This document shows positions 9,963-19,282 of a DNA stretch of 38,019 bases, piece by piece. The number at the start of each line of letters is the position of its first letter. Positions within the stretch are counted from its first letter, which is position 1. The notes beneath the pieces were generated by a model, which worked only from the letters and a program-made list of their open reading frames with translations, was not told where the DNA came from and ran no database searches. Location of the stretch: assembly GCA_009392675.1 (NCBI GenBank), contig VFFY01000114.1, positions 1-38,019 of the forward strand, given 5' to 3'. The translations under genes and the position numbers were made by a program. Origin of the DNA: SAR202 cluster bacterium (GTDB lineage Bacteria > Chloroflexota > Dehalococcoidia > Lucifugimonadales > UBA826).

Positions 9963-11653
9963 GTTGTCACCTTCTCCGGTACCGGCTCCTCTATCATGTC
10001 GTAAACAGTCATGCCTGATGGGATCATGGGGTATACGTTTTCCTCCTGTTCCACTATGAAATCAACCACCACAGGGCCGTCGTGATCCATCGCCTCAGCA
10101 ATTGCCGTTTTCACCTGTGTTTTATCCGTAACCCTGATGCCTTTTATACCATATGCCTCGGCCAAACGAACGAAATCAGGATTACCCGTGTAGGCGGTCG
10201 ACACATATGAACTATCGAAAAATATTTCTTGCCACTGCCTAACCATACCCAAAAACCCATTGTTCAATATTGCAAATTTAACTGGCAGCTTGTTTTCGGC
10301 GATGGTTGCTAATTCGCAAAGTGTCATTTGGAAACCGCCATCACCGGCAATAGACCAAACGGTAGAATCAGGGTCAGCAACCTGTGCTCCCATAGCAGCA
10401 GGTACTTCATACCCCATCGTTCCTGAACCACCAGAAGTAAGAAATGTACAAGGTTTTTTGAATCGGTAATGTTGTGCAGCCCACATCTGATGTTGGCCAA
10501 CACCTGTCACTATAGTAGCCCCCCCTTTTGTTTCGTCAGAAATGTCTTTTACTACCTGTCGGGCCAATAATTTAGAAGTCTCAGGTATGTTCAAGGATGG
10601 ATGATCTTTCTTCAAAACATCTATTCTTTTCAACCATGAAGGATGGGTCGCAGCTACAACATGAGTATTCATTCGGCTTAGAACTTCTTTAACATCTCCC
10701 ACTATCGGCACATCTACTGCAATATTTTTTCCTATTTCCGAAGGATCAACATCTATATGTATCTTTTTTGAATTCAAGGCAAACTTCGATGGATTTCCAG
10801 TTATTCGGTCATCAAAGCGCATACCCAGTGCAATAACGAGGTCCGCTTCCTCAATTGTGAAACTAGAATATGCCATTCCGTGCATGCCGGGCCATCCAGT
10901 CCATAAGACGTGGTCTTCTGGAAAACAGCTAATACCGAGCAAGGTGGTAATGACAGGTATCTGAGCCTTCTCCGCCAATTCTTTTAACTCATCATATGCC
11001 TTTGATATTATGACTCCGTGACCTGCAATAATAACGGGTTTTTCTGATTCATTAATCAAATTGGCAGCCTTTCGTATTTGACCGGAATGCCCGGAGAAAT
11101 TGGGGCTATATCCAGGTAAATTCAACTCTCCTGGTTCTTCGTATTCAACTTCCTGTACAAAAACGTCCCTAGGTATATCTACTAATACCGGGCCAGGTCT
11201 GCCTGTATTTGCTATATGAAATGCTTCTTTGATTGAAGAGGCTATATCTGAGGCATCCATCACCAAAAAATTGTGTTTTGTCACAGGTAAGGTTATCCCC
11301 GTGATATCAGTTTCCTGAAAAGCATCTGACCCTATAGTCCAGCTATTAACTTGTCCAGTTACAATGACAAGTGGGACAGAATCCATTTGAGCCGTAGCTA
11401 TTCCTGTCACAAGGTTTGTAGCCCCTGGACCTGATGTTGCAAAAGCCACGCCAGGTTTACCGGTGACCCTGGCGTATCCGTCAGCTGCTAAAGAAGCACC
11501 TTGTTCATGCCGTGTCAAAATATGACGAAGCCCCGGGTATTCTGGTAACGCCTGGTATAAAGGCAAAATGGCCCCACCTGGTATTCCGAAAACAACGTTA
11601 CACCCTTCCCTGAGCAAACTTTCACAGACAATCTGTGACCCTTTCTTTATCAT
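9959..11653 (-). CDS. ilvB: Acetolactate synthase large (catalytic) subunit
   Basis: 564 aa ThDP enzyme with 'GDGGFQM...NNGFLGMVRQWQ' (ThDP motif) and an N-terminal 'GIPGGAILPLY'. SD 'AAGGAAG' lies upstream of the ATG. Confidence 0.92.
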   Translation of the reverse strand: MIKKGSQIVCESLLREGCNVVFGIPGGAILPLYQALPEYPGLRHILTRHEQGASLAADGYARVTGKPGVAFATSGPGATNLVTGIATAQMDSVPLVIVTGQVNSWTIGSDAFQETDITGITLPVTKHNFLVMDASDIASSIKEAFHIANTGRPGPVLVDIPRDVFVQEVEYEEPGELNLPGYSPNFSGHSGQIRKAANLINESEKPVIIAGHGVIISKAYDELKELAEKAQIPVITTLLGISCFPEDHVLWTGWPGMHGMAYSSFTIEEADLVIALGMRFDDRITGNPSKFALNSKKIHIDVDPSEIGKNIAVDVPIVGDVKEVLSRMNTHVVAATHPSWLKRIDVLKKDHPSLNIPETSKLLARQVVKDISDETKGGATIVTGVGQHQMWAAQHYRFKKPCTFLTSGGSGTMGYEVPAAMGAQVADPDSTVWSIAGDGGFQMTLCELATIAENKLPVKFAILNNGFLGMVRQWQEIFFDSSYVSTAYTGNPDFVRLAEAYGIKGIRVTDKTQVKTAIAEAMDHDGPVVVDFIVEQEENVYPMIPSGMTVYDMIEEPVPEKVTT

Positions 11654-11724
11654 TCCACTTCCTTAATTAATCTACATATAAATAAATAATAAATTCTTAT
11701 TTCGATTAAAAGGGCTGGGGTCTA

Positions 11725-11760
11725 GAAAAAAATAAATCCCGCCCTTAAACTGGGACGGGA
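11725..11760 (-). terminator. Intrinsic terminator of the T-box leader
   Basis: The minus-strand RNA reads UCCCGUCCC-AGUUUAA-GGGCGGGA followed by UUUAUUUUUUU. The 5' arm can alternatively pair with GGGA of the T-box motif to form the antiterminator. Confidence 0.75.
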
Positions 11761-12070
11761 TAACAAAAACCACTCCCGTGGTACCACCCAAATTGCCCTG
11801 TAAAACACTTCAACAGGACCACTCGTTGAGCTATAACGTAGCTACCGCCTGTCCCTACTTTATGTTAGGAGGCCACAATATAGCATGCGAAAATGTTGGG
11901 TTTTCCCATCATTAATCGCATTACTGACTCCTAATTTTCAAGAAAGGCGCTCAGGGGCGAGTTCGCAGTCGTTGTGTATCAGACTTACAGCAGAAGTGTC
12001 CGATTCTCTTTCACACAACCCCTCTGTTACTACTCCCCGTCACAGCAAATCTATTTACCTTTTTCCAAGA
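11725..12070 (-). promoter_or_regulatory. T-box leader riboswitch, probable Leu (CUC) specifier, controlling ilvBNC-leuACD
   Basis: The minus strand carries the conserved T-box sequence AAUUUGGGUGGUACCACGGGAG (11775-11794) immediately 5' of the terminator. A Stem I candidate has an AGUA motif, an AGAGA (AG-bulge-like) element and a specifier-loop 3' side 'CGAA-CUC-G' (CUC at 11959-11961). Confidence 0.8.
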
Positions 12071-12076
12071 CGTTGC

Positions 12077-12106
12077 ATTCTAACACTCCATGCCTATAGG
12101 GGTCAA
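12077..12106 (-). promoter_or_regulatory. Sigma-70-type promoter for the T-box leader / ilv-leu operon
   Basis: On the minus strand: -35 TTGACC (12101-12106), an 18-nt spacer, and an extended -10 TGtTAGAAT (hexamer 12077-12082). Confidence 0.5.
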
Positions 12107-12238
12107 ACTAAAAACTTACATTTTAAGTACCCAGATACCTTCCTTTCAAAGGAGAAGACATAACTTAACCCATTGAAAATTTTGTTGTCCCGTAAGGTGT
12201 CCTATGCTATCTTTTCTTTTTAAGTCTTCATTAGCAAT

Positions 12239-13936
12239 GTGGGGGTTAATTCAGGTAATATGCTTGACCACGATATTTTGATAATCGGTGCGGGCCTAGC
12301 TGGTATGAGAGCTGCTTTGTCGGCTAAAGAACTTGGGGCCGACGTTGCAGTAGTATCCAAAGTGCATCCAGTGAGAAGCCATTCTAATGCTGCACAAGGT
12401 GGAATAAATGCCGCCCTGACGGATAGGGGAGATGATTGGCGAGATCATGCTTACGACACCATAAAGGGAAGCGATTTTTTAGGGGATCAAGACGCGATTG
12501 CGCTGATGTGTCAAGAGGCAGGTAGTGAGGTCATCGCTATGGAGCACATGGGCGCCATATTCAATAGGGATGAAGATGGAAGGCTTGGTACTAGAGCCTT
12601 CGGTGGGCAGCGAGAAGCAAGAACCTTCTTTGTAGCAGATTTCACTGGCCAAGCTCTTTTACACGTTTTGTATGAGCAGATTTTGAAGGCAGGCGCCTTG
12701 GTATATGAGGAGTGGTTTGTACTGTCTTTAATTGTGAGGGACGGCAAATGCGGTGGGGCGGTAATGATGGATATTCGTAGTGGAAGAATCGAGGTTGTCC
12801 GTGCTAAAGCAGTGATCCTTGCAGCCGGCGGCTTGGGTAGGGTATTTGAACCGAGTACGAATGCATTGATATGTACTGGTGACGGAATGAGCCTGGGATA
12901 CAGGGTCGGGGCTTCATTGATGGATATGGAAATGGTGCAATATCATCCGACAACACTAAAAGGTAGTGGGGTTTTGATAAGTGAGGCTGCTCGTGGTGAA
13001 GGTGCATATCTGCTGAATTCTGATAATGACAGGTTCATGCTCAAGTATGCACCAGAATTTAAAGAATTGGCATCCCGTGATGTGGTCTCAAGATGTGAAC
13101 AGACCGAAATCAACGAAGGTCGGGGACTAGATGGGTGTGTGCTGCTTGACGTGAGGCATCTCGGGGAAAAATACATAAGTGAGCGATTATCTCAGATACG
13201 TGAATTAGCAATGGATTTCGCCAACGTAGACATGGTCAAGGAGCCGGTGCCTATAATGCCCGGAATGCATTACCAAATGGGAGGGGTGGCGGCGAACGTT
13301 GACGGTGAAACTGGTGTACCTGGTTTGTACGCAGCTGGCGAGGTGGCATGTGTTAGTGTACATGGAGGTAATAGGCTCGGAGCCAATTCGCTCCTAGATA
13401 CCCTTGTTTTTGGCAGGAGGTCAGGAGTACACGCAGCTGAAATGGTCAAATCCACACAGCATTTGAGTGTAGATGACTCGGCGGCCGACGATGACAAGAA
13501 CAACATCCAAAAATTATTGGCAAACGATAAAAATGAGTCATTTGGACAAATTCGTTTAGATATGGGAACCGCAATGAAAGAGCACTTCGGGGTGTTCCGA
13601 GATGAAAACGGTATGCGGGAAGGCATAGAAAAGATTGAATCAGTGAAAAAAAGAGCTGAGGATGTGTATGTAGCCGATAAGGGCAGTACCTTTAACACCA
13701 ATCTTCTTTTCACCTTGGAATTAGGTTTCATGCTGGAATGTGCGGAATCAATAGCTGTGAGTGCAGCAACTCGAACAGAGAGCAGAGGAGCTCATACACG
13801 AACTGACCTGCCAGATAGGGATGATGCAAACTGGTTGAAGCACATATTGGTCTCCCAAGATGAGGACGGAGGACAGGAACTATCCTACAAAGATGTTGTC
13901 ATCACCGATTGGGAGCCAGTAGTAAGGCAATACTAA
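12239..13936 (+). CDS. sdhA: Succinate dehydrogenase / fumarate reductase flavoprotein subunit
   Basis: 565 aa with 'DILIIGAGLAGMRAA' (FAD) and 'RSHSNAAQGG' (covalent-FAD His region). 'HPTT', 'RGEG' and 'HGGNRLGANSLLD' are also present. The start is uncertain (GTG 12239 vs ATG 12260). Confidence 0.9.
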   Translation: MGVNSGNMLDHDILIIGAGLAGMRAALSAKELGADVAVVSKVHPVRSHSNAAQGGINAALTDRGDDWRDHAYDTIKGSDFLGDQDAIALMCQEAGSEVIAMEHMGAIFNRDEDGRLGTRAFGGQREARTFFVADFTGQALLHVLYEQILKAGALVYEEWFVLSLIVRDGKCGGAVMMDIRSGRIEVVRAKAVILAAGGLGRVFEPSTNALICTGDGMSLGYRVGASLMDMEMVQYHPTTLKGSGVLISEAARGEGAYLLNSDNDRFMLKYAPEFKELASRDVVSRCEQTEINEGRGLDGCVLLDVRHLGEKYISERLSQIRELAMDFANVDMVKEPVPIMPGMHYQMGGVAANVDGETGVPGLYAAGEVACVSVHGGNRLGANSLLDTLVFGRRSGVHAAEMVKSTQHLSVDDSAADDDKNNIQKLLANDKNESFGQIRLDMGTAMKEHFGVFRDENGMREGIEKIESVKKRAEDVYVADKGSTFNTNLLFTLELGFMLECAESIAVSAATRTESRGAHTRTDLPDRDDANWLKHILVSQDEDGGQELSYKDVVITDWEPVVRQY

Positions 13937-13957
13937 TAACCAAAAGGATATTAATTA

Positions 13958-14914
13958 ATGGAAGTCAAATTTAACGTTAGGCGATATGATCCTGAATCGA
14001 CTGATGCAGTGAGCCATTTTCAAGAGTACCAGATGGATATGGATGACTCATCCACAGTTCTTGATGGTTTAATCCGTATAAGGGAAGAAGTTGACGGAAC
14101 ATTAAGTTTAAGATGTTCATGCAGGAGTGCAATATGTGGATCCTGCGCGGTGAGGGTTAATGGTGAAGCTGGCCTTGCTTGCAACACAAAAATCATAGAC
14201 GTGTTATCTGAGGATGGGAACACCATAACCGTGGAACCTGCTGGTAACCTGCCAGTAATAAAAGACCTGGTTGTAGATTTTCAGCCGTTTTGGGAAAAGA
14301 TCAGAGCAGTGGAACCATGGCTACAACCAGAAGGAGAAGTGCCCGAAACAGAGTATTTGGCCCCAGATGAGGATATGCTTCATCTGGCAGGAGTTGTATC
14401 TTGCATACTTTGCGGAGCCTGTGTCTCAGACTGCACCGTCATGGAGGTCGATTCCAACTTTCTGGGCCCAGCAGCACTCGCAAAATCTTACAGGTTTGTT
14501 GGGGATCCGAGAGATGGTTCAGCCCAACAACGATTCAAGACTCTTAATGAGTACGGAGGAGTATGGGATTGTACAAGATGTATGAAGTGCGTTGAAGTTT
14601 GTCCAAAGGGGGTAGCCCCAATGGATAGAATAATGGTATTGCGTGAACAGGTGATGGAAGCAGGATACACAAATACCAACGGAGCTAGGCATGCCAACGA
14701 GTTCATTAACTCTGTTAAACACAGTGGATGGCTTGATGAAAAAAAACTGGTGATAAAAAGTTTCGGTATATTTAATATTAAGGCAATGATAGGGCTAATC
14801 CCATTAGCGATTAGATCTCAACGTGCTGGTAAGGTTCCACCCATATTCCATAAAAATATACCGGGAGTAGAAAACGTTAGAAGAATTTTTGAAAAGGTTG
14901 AGACTAAGAAATGA
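13958..14914 (+). CDS. sdhB: Succinate dehydrogenase / fumarate reductase iron-sulfur subunit with C-terminal extension
   Basis: 318 aa. Cluster motifs are 'CSCRSAICGSC...C' (2Fe-2S), 'CILCGACVSDC', and 'CTRCMKCVEVCP' with an extra Cys in the third motif. A tail of ~70 aa contains an amphipathic/hydrophobic stretch. Confidence 0.88.
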   Translation: MEVKFNVRRYDPESTDAVSHFQEYQMDMDDSSTVLDGLIRIREEVDGTLSLRCSCRSAICGSCAVRVNGEAGLACNTKIIDVLSEDGNTITVEPAGNLPVIKDLVVDFQPFWEKIRAVEPWLQPEGEVPETEYLAPDEDMLHLAGVVSCILCGACVSDCTVMEVDSNFLGPAALAKSYRFVGDPRDGSAQQRFKTLNEYGGVWDCTRCMKCVEVCPKGVAPMDRIMVLREQVMEAGYTNTNGARHANEFINSVKHSGWLDEKKLVIKSFGIFNIKAMIGLIPLAIRSQRAGKVPPIFHKNIPGVENVRRIFEKVETKK

Positions 14915-15801
14915 AATATGCTTTTTATCCCGGATGTGTATCAAGAGGCGCATGCCCAGAATTATATTCCGCCACTATCGAGGTATGTAGAATACTAGAG
15001 ATTGAACTAGATGAGGAGGCCCTAAAGGGTGCTTCCTGCACTGGTGCCGGCGTTTTACAGGAAAAAAACCTTAGGCTTGGCGACACCCTTAATGCTCGAA
15101 CTTTTGCTATGGCAGAAAAATCTGGGAATCCTTTGATGACTATATGCAGCACATGCCAGGGAGTCATGTCTCAAGCTAACGAACGACTTCTAGCAGACCC
15201 TGAATATTTAGCATCAATTAATGAGGACTTGCAAGAAGAAGGCCTTGAATACAAAGGAACAGCGGACCCTAAGCATTTATTGTGGATAATTGCCGAAGAC
15301 TTAGGAATAGATTTCCTTGAATCCAAATTGGTAAACAAACTTGAAGGGCTGAAATTAGCCCCGTTTTACGGTTGCTATATCGTTAGACCTACTAAAGCAT
15401 TAGGGTTCGCTGAAAACCCTGGTCGCAAACAAGCATTGGAAATGGTTATAGAAAGTGTGGGGGCTGAAGTAGTAGATTTTCCAGGCAAAACTTTGTGTTG
15501 TGGTTTCCCCATTTTAACTATAAACCCAGAAAATTCGGTCAACATGGTTGCAAACCACACCATAGATGCCAAAGATCGGGGGGCCGATGCAATGGTTACC
15601 CCATGCCCTCTATGTCACCTCAATTTGGATGGGTACCAGCCAAATGCAGCATCCGCAAGAAAACGTGAAATAGATTTGCCTATAATCCACCTGCCCCAAT
15701 TATTAGGTTTGGCATTGGGCATCTCCCCGGAAAAAATGCGCTTGAATAAGCACATTGTGTCTACAAAGAAACTTTTGAGCGAACTTGTAATATCCCCCTA
15801 A
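14911..15801 (+). CDS. HdrB-like CCG-domain subunit of a non-classical (type E-like) succinate dehydrogenase
   Basis: 296 aa with two Cys-rich CCG-type repeats. The second is canonical ('YGC...LCCGFP...PCPLCHLN'). The ATGA overlap with the sdhB stop suggests translational coupling. Confidence 0.75.
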   Translation: MKYAFYPGCVSRGACPELYSATIEVCRILEIELDEEALKGASCTGAGVLQEKNLRLGDTLNARTFAMAEKSGNPLMTICSTCQGVMSQANERLLADPEYLASINEDLQEEGLEYKGTADPKHLLWIIAEDLGIDFLESKLVNKLEGLKLAPFYGCYIVRPTKALGFAENPGRKQALEMVIESVGAEVVDFPGKTLCCGFPILTINPENSVNMVANHTIDAKDRGADAMVTPCPLCHLNLDGYQPNAASARKREIDLPIIHLPQLLGLALGISPEKMRLNKHIVSTKKLLSELVISP

Positions 15802-15803
15802 AT

Positions 15804-17024
15804 TCACTCCAGCTTGGTACAGACCAATATTAGGAATCCTATAAGTGAGCATATACTTAACCACGTAATTGAGGCCACTTGTCCCAATCCTAAAGTTGAT
15901 GATATGTAACCCCATGCAAAAGGTCCTGTAATAGCCGCGAGCCTACCGACCATGTTATATACTGCGAAATATTCCGAGACCCTATCGGAAGCAGACATAG
16001 AAAGTACGAATGGTCTCTCTGACACATATAAACCCGCCATGAATACACCACTCATCACCCCTACAGCCCACCATAGCTCCCCTGGAAGATCAAAGACTGG
16101 CAAAAGGGCAGCCAATCCCAGTATCAGAAACCAAGCCATAACATTAATTTTCAAATTAAAAAAAGAGCCGTACCTGTCAACCAAATATCCCCAAAAGGCA
16201 CCACTCGGGATGCCAAATATAATACCCACGGCTAATATTAATTGAACTTCTCTCTCTGACAAATCGACGGTTTCAACCCCATACAAAACAGCAAATACTG
16301 AACCGGCATATATACTGGAAAAATACCAAAACCGAGCAAAGAGAAACATTGCCCAAGGTTTTTTCTTCCTGGCCTGCCATAGAGACAAAAAAGCCTGCTT
16401 TAAGGTCGTTAACAAAACTGATCGGAACTCAGTAATTTTTGTATTTCCTATAAAATAGTTCCCTGATAAAAACAGTGGCAGGACCAAAATAAACATCAAC
16501 AGGGCCATTAATTTGAATAAAAAAACAGGCCCTTCAGAATCATAAAACAACAAACCACAAACGACGGCGAATATAGCACCTATATAACCAATCCCAACCC
16601 CCAACCCTCCAATATATCCAACATTTGATTCAGTAGTTATGTCTGCCAACAACGCGTTATAAAAAATATTGGCTAAATGAATCAAAATGACGGCAGCACA
16701 AAAAAGAACTATTGAAGCCTCATAGTTGAATACACCTATTAACGCTGTCGCAAAAATCGCGACCAAAGTAGTGAAAAGTAAAAATGGCATTTTACGTTTA
16801 GTAACATCAGAAATTGTGCCGGCAACTGGGGAAAGGATAAACACAACGACCATCGATATAGAAAGTGAAAACCCAAATGTACCATCATTCCCTGCCATAT
16901 CTCTGGTCAACCATAGTGGGAAAATCAACCCAACGATACCAGCCGAAAACAACGTGTTCCCCATGTCATAAATGACCCATGATGCGATGCTTAGTTTGGA
17001 TCGAGAGAGCTCACTTTTTGGCAT
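15804..17024 (-). CDS. MFS transporter, UMF1/Atg22-like family
   Basis: 406 aa and about 12 hydrophobic segments. The N-terminal 'SWVIYDMGNTLFSAG' resembles the UMF1/Atg22 signature. Confidence 0.6.
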   Translation of the reverse strand: MPKSELSRSKLSIASWVIYDMGNTLFSAGIVGLIFPLWLTRDMAGNDGTFGFSLSISMVVVFILSPVAGTISDVTKRKMPFLLFTTLVAIFATALIGVFNYEASIVLFCAAVILIHLANIFYNALLADITTESNVGYIGGLGVGIGYIGAIFAVVCGLLFYDSEGPVFLFKLMALLMFILVLPLFLSGNYFIGNTKITEFRSVLLTTLKQAFLSLWQARKKKPWAMFLFARFWYFSSIYAGSVFAVLYGVETVDLSEREVQLILAVGIIFGIPSGAFWGYLVDRYGSFFNLKINVMAWFLILGLAALLPVFDLPGELWWAVGVMSGVFMAGLYVSERPFVLSMSASDRVSEYFAVYNMVGRLAAITGPFAWGYISSTLGLGQVASITWLSICSLIGFLILVCTKLE

Positions 17025-17071
17025 TATAGGAATTACTCATATGTTCCAGATTTATAGAATTTCTAATGAAT

Positions 17072-17147
17072 TGGTCGGGGCGACTGGACTCGAACCAGCG
17101 ACCTCCACGTCCCGAACGTGGCGCGCTACCAACTGCGCTACGCCCCG
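17072..17147 (-). tRNA. tRNA-Pro (anticodon CGG), CCA encoded
   Basis: A hand-folded cloverleaf. The acceptor is CGGGGCG/CGCCCCG and the D arm is GCGC/GCGC. The anticodon stem is CCACG/CGUGG with loop UUCGGGA. The T arm is GCUGG/CCAGU with loop UUCGAGU, followed by the 3' ACCA. Confidence 0.92.
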
Positions 17148-17329
17148 ATATTCATATCAATTTTAGAAGCCTTTTACGAAATTAGACAATATACATTAGA
17201 TATTGAAATCAATAAATAGGATTAGGAAGGTAAGGCTTTTTTGACCCCTCAAAATCGATATGCTACGGTTAATAAGTGAAAAAAAGCACATAGTACTATT
17301 TTGTTAAATTAGACACCGATCAAAAGAGG

Positions 17330-18280
17330 TTGACCTCATTATTGGAAAGGGCAGTTAGACTCAAAAACCATTCCAAAAATAGCCTCAGGTTGCTATCAGT
17401 AATCACATTGATTTCTGCATTTAGCCAAGTAACCTTAGGAGGTTATGTAAGGTCGAGTGAATCAGGATTGGGATGCCCCGATTGGCCTCTTTGTCATGGT
17501 CAAATAATCCCTCCCCTCGAATTTCACACACTTGTCGAGTACTCTCATAGATTGAATGCATCCTTATTGATGGTTTTAGTAGTTACCCTTTTCTTTCTGT
17601 GCTTGACTAAATTCAGACTAGAGAAAGCTACCATCCGATTATCTGGGGTAGCTTTAGCCCTAGTCCTAAGTGCTGCAGTGCTTGGAGGCATAACAGTCCT
17701 TACTGAACTAGCCTGGTGGATAAGATTAATTCATTTATCGCTTGCTGAATTACTTATAGGATCCATCACCGCAATGGTCTGGTTGGCTTTTTGCAACAAC
17801 AGATCATCAAGCGTGAATACTATGGGAATTACAACACCTTACTGGAGGAAAAAATTATGGATACTTTCTGTAGGCCTTTTCCTTTTAATAATCTCGGGAT
17901 CTTACATGGTTGGAACTGGAGCCAGTTCCGCTTGCTCCACATGGCCGTTGTGTAGAGGTGATTGGTTTCCCAACGGAACGATGTATGCGATCCATATGGG
18001 GCACAGGTATATAGCAGGCTTAATGGTTTTGATAACCGCTCTTATTGTTTGGTCTTTCATCAAAAACGATGGGCATATACCAGCTGTGAAACGTGTCTCC
18101 ATGACCTTAATGCATAGTATTATTCTACAAATTGTGGTCGGGGCCGTTTTGGTATGGGGCGGTTTTAATCCTGCACTAAAGACTATTCATCTAGCCTTGG
18201 CGACTCTATTATGGATAGCTACGATATATATGGTCAGTTGCATAATCCAAAATAATGTTGCGTATTCAAGAGATGATTGA
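17330..18280 (+). CDS. ctaA: Heme A synthase
   Basis: 316 aa and about 8 TM segments. Paired Cys motifs 'CPDWPLC' and 'CSTWPLC' are present with conserved His residues. It lies immediately upstream of ctaB. The exact start (TTG 17330) is uncertain. Confidence 0.85.
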   Translation: MTSLLERAVRLKNHSKNSLRLLSVITLISAFSQVTLGGYVRSSESGLGCPDWPLCHGQIIPPLEFHTLVEYSHRLNASLLMVLVVTLFFLCLTKFRLEKATIRLSGVALALVLSAAVLGGITVLTELAWWIRLIHLSLAELLIGSITAMVWLAFCNNRSSSVNTMGITTPYWRKKLWILSVGLFLLIISGSYMVGTGASSACSTWPLCRGDWFPNGTMYAIHMGHRYIAGLMVLITALIVWSFIKNDGHIPAVKRVSMTLMHSIILQIVVGAVLVWGGFNPALKTIHLALATLLWIATIYMVSCIIQNNVAYSRDD

Positions 18281-19144
18281 ATGATTTCTTCCTATATAGC
18301 TTTAACAAAACCGAAAATTATTGTCCTGCTGTTGATAACTGCTTTAGGCGGACTTTTTCTAGCTTCAGACGGATTTCCTGATCCTGTGATTGCAACCGCA
18401 GTGTTGGTAGGCGGTAGCCTAGCCGCCGGTGGGGCCAATTCTTTAAATCATTTCTGGGATCGAGATATAGATGCAAAGATGAAAAGAACAACCAATAGAC
18501 CTGTGGCATCAGGTGTAGTGGCACCTGCAAATGCATTGGTTTTTGGGGCCATACTAAACTTAATGGCTTTCGGCCTTTTGTATTATTACGCTAATTTGTT
18601 AAGCGCCTTGCTTACACTATCAGCCACCCTGTTCTATCTTTTTGTTTATACCATGATCCTGAAAAGAACCACTCCCCTAAACATTGTGATAGGGGGAGCG
18701 GCTGGATCCATACCACCAGCGGTCGGCTGGGCAGCGGTGACAGGCAATATTTTGGACCCTGCTCCACTTTTCTTATTTCTAATAGTGTTTTTTTGGACAC
18801 CCCCTCATTTTTGGGCACTTTCCCTTATATTGAAAGATGATTACGCTAACGCAGGCGTGCCCATGCTACCGGTGGTTTCAGGAGTACCCGCAACCAAGAC
18901 CCAAATATTTATCTACACATGGATATTACTGGCCCTGCTGGTTGCAACGGTATATTTCGTGGAGGAACTAGGAATTATTTTTGGGATTTCTGCTATTGTG
19001 TTATCCGCAGGTTTCATCGGGTCGACTTGGTTGCTAAAACGTAGGGACTCCATCGAGCTAGCCATGCCGATATACTTATATTCCATGGCTTACCTTGCAT
19101 TGCTTTTCATGGTTATGGTGGTCGAAAGTTTTATTTCTGTATGA
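18281..19144 (+). CDS. ctaB: Protoheme IX farnesyltransferase (heme O synthase)
   Basis: 287 aa, UbiA family, with 'NHFWDRDIDAKM' and 'TPPHFWAL'. Confidence 0.92.
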   Translation: MISSYIALTKPKIIVLLLITALGGLFLASDGFPDPVIATAVLVGGSLAAGGANSLNHFWDRDIDAKMKRTTNRPVASGVVAPANALVFGAILNLMAFGLLYYYANLLSALLTLSATLFYLFVYTMILKRTTPLNIVIGGAAGSIPPAVGWAAVTGNILDPAPLFLFLIVFFWTPPHFWALSLILKDDYANAGVPMLPVVSGVPATKTQIFIYTWILLALLVATVYFVEELGIIFGISAIVLSAGFIGSTWLLKRRDSIELAMPIYLYSMAYLALLFMVMVVESFISV

Positions 19145-19194
19145 CGAATTTTATTATGAAAATAAATAAACAATATTTATATGCACAAATCAGC

Positions 19195-19224
19195 TTGACG
19201 AACATACCGGCATTTTGATAAATT
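19195..19224 (+). promoter_or_regulatory. Candidate promoter for ctaCDEFG
   Basis: -35 TTGACG (19195-19200), an 18-nt spacer, and an extended -10 TGaTAAATT (hexamer 19219-19224). Motif match only. Confidence 0.3.
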
Positions 19225-19282
19225 TCGATTTTGTTTGGATAGAGATTAGCTTAGGGTAATTCAGGTTAGGTGTTTAAAATCT

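Noticed and set aside
11885-12163. 92-aa ORF on the + strand in the ilvB-sdhA intergenic region
   Set aside because: It overlaps the minus-strand T-box leader and its promoter. It has no SD, and the sequence is not protein-like (Ser/Arg/Leu-rich). The region is explained by the riboswitch.
13270-13731. 153-aa antisense ORF inside sdhA, plus similar antisense ORFs (for example 3092-3481, 975-1346, 20867-21247, 9490-9870)
   Set aside because: All lie opposite strongly supported conserved genes and show no family resemblance. They are shadow ORFs generated by codon bias.
17160-17250. Long-range complementarity AAGCCTT...AAGGCTT followed by a T-run between tRNA-Pro and ctaA
   Set aside because: A 7-bp stem encloses a ~60-nt loop. 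No upstream + strand gene needs termination there, and the region matches no known RNA family that I can recognise.
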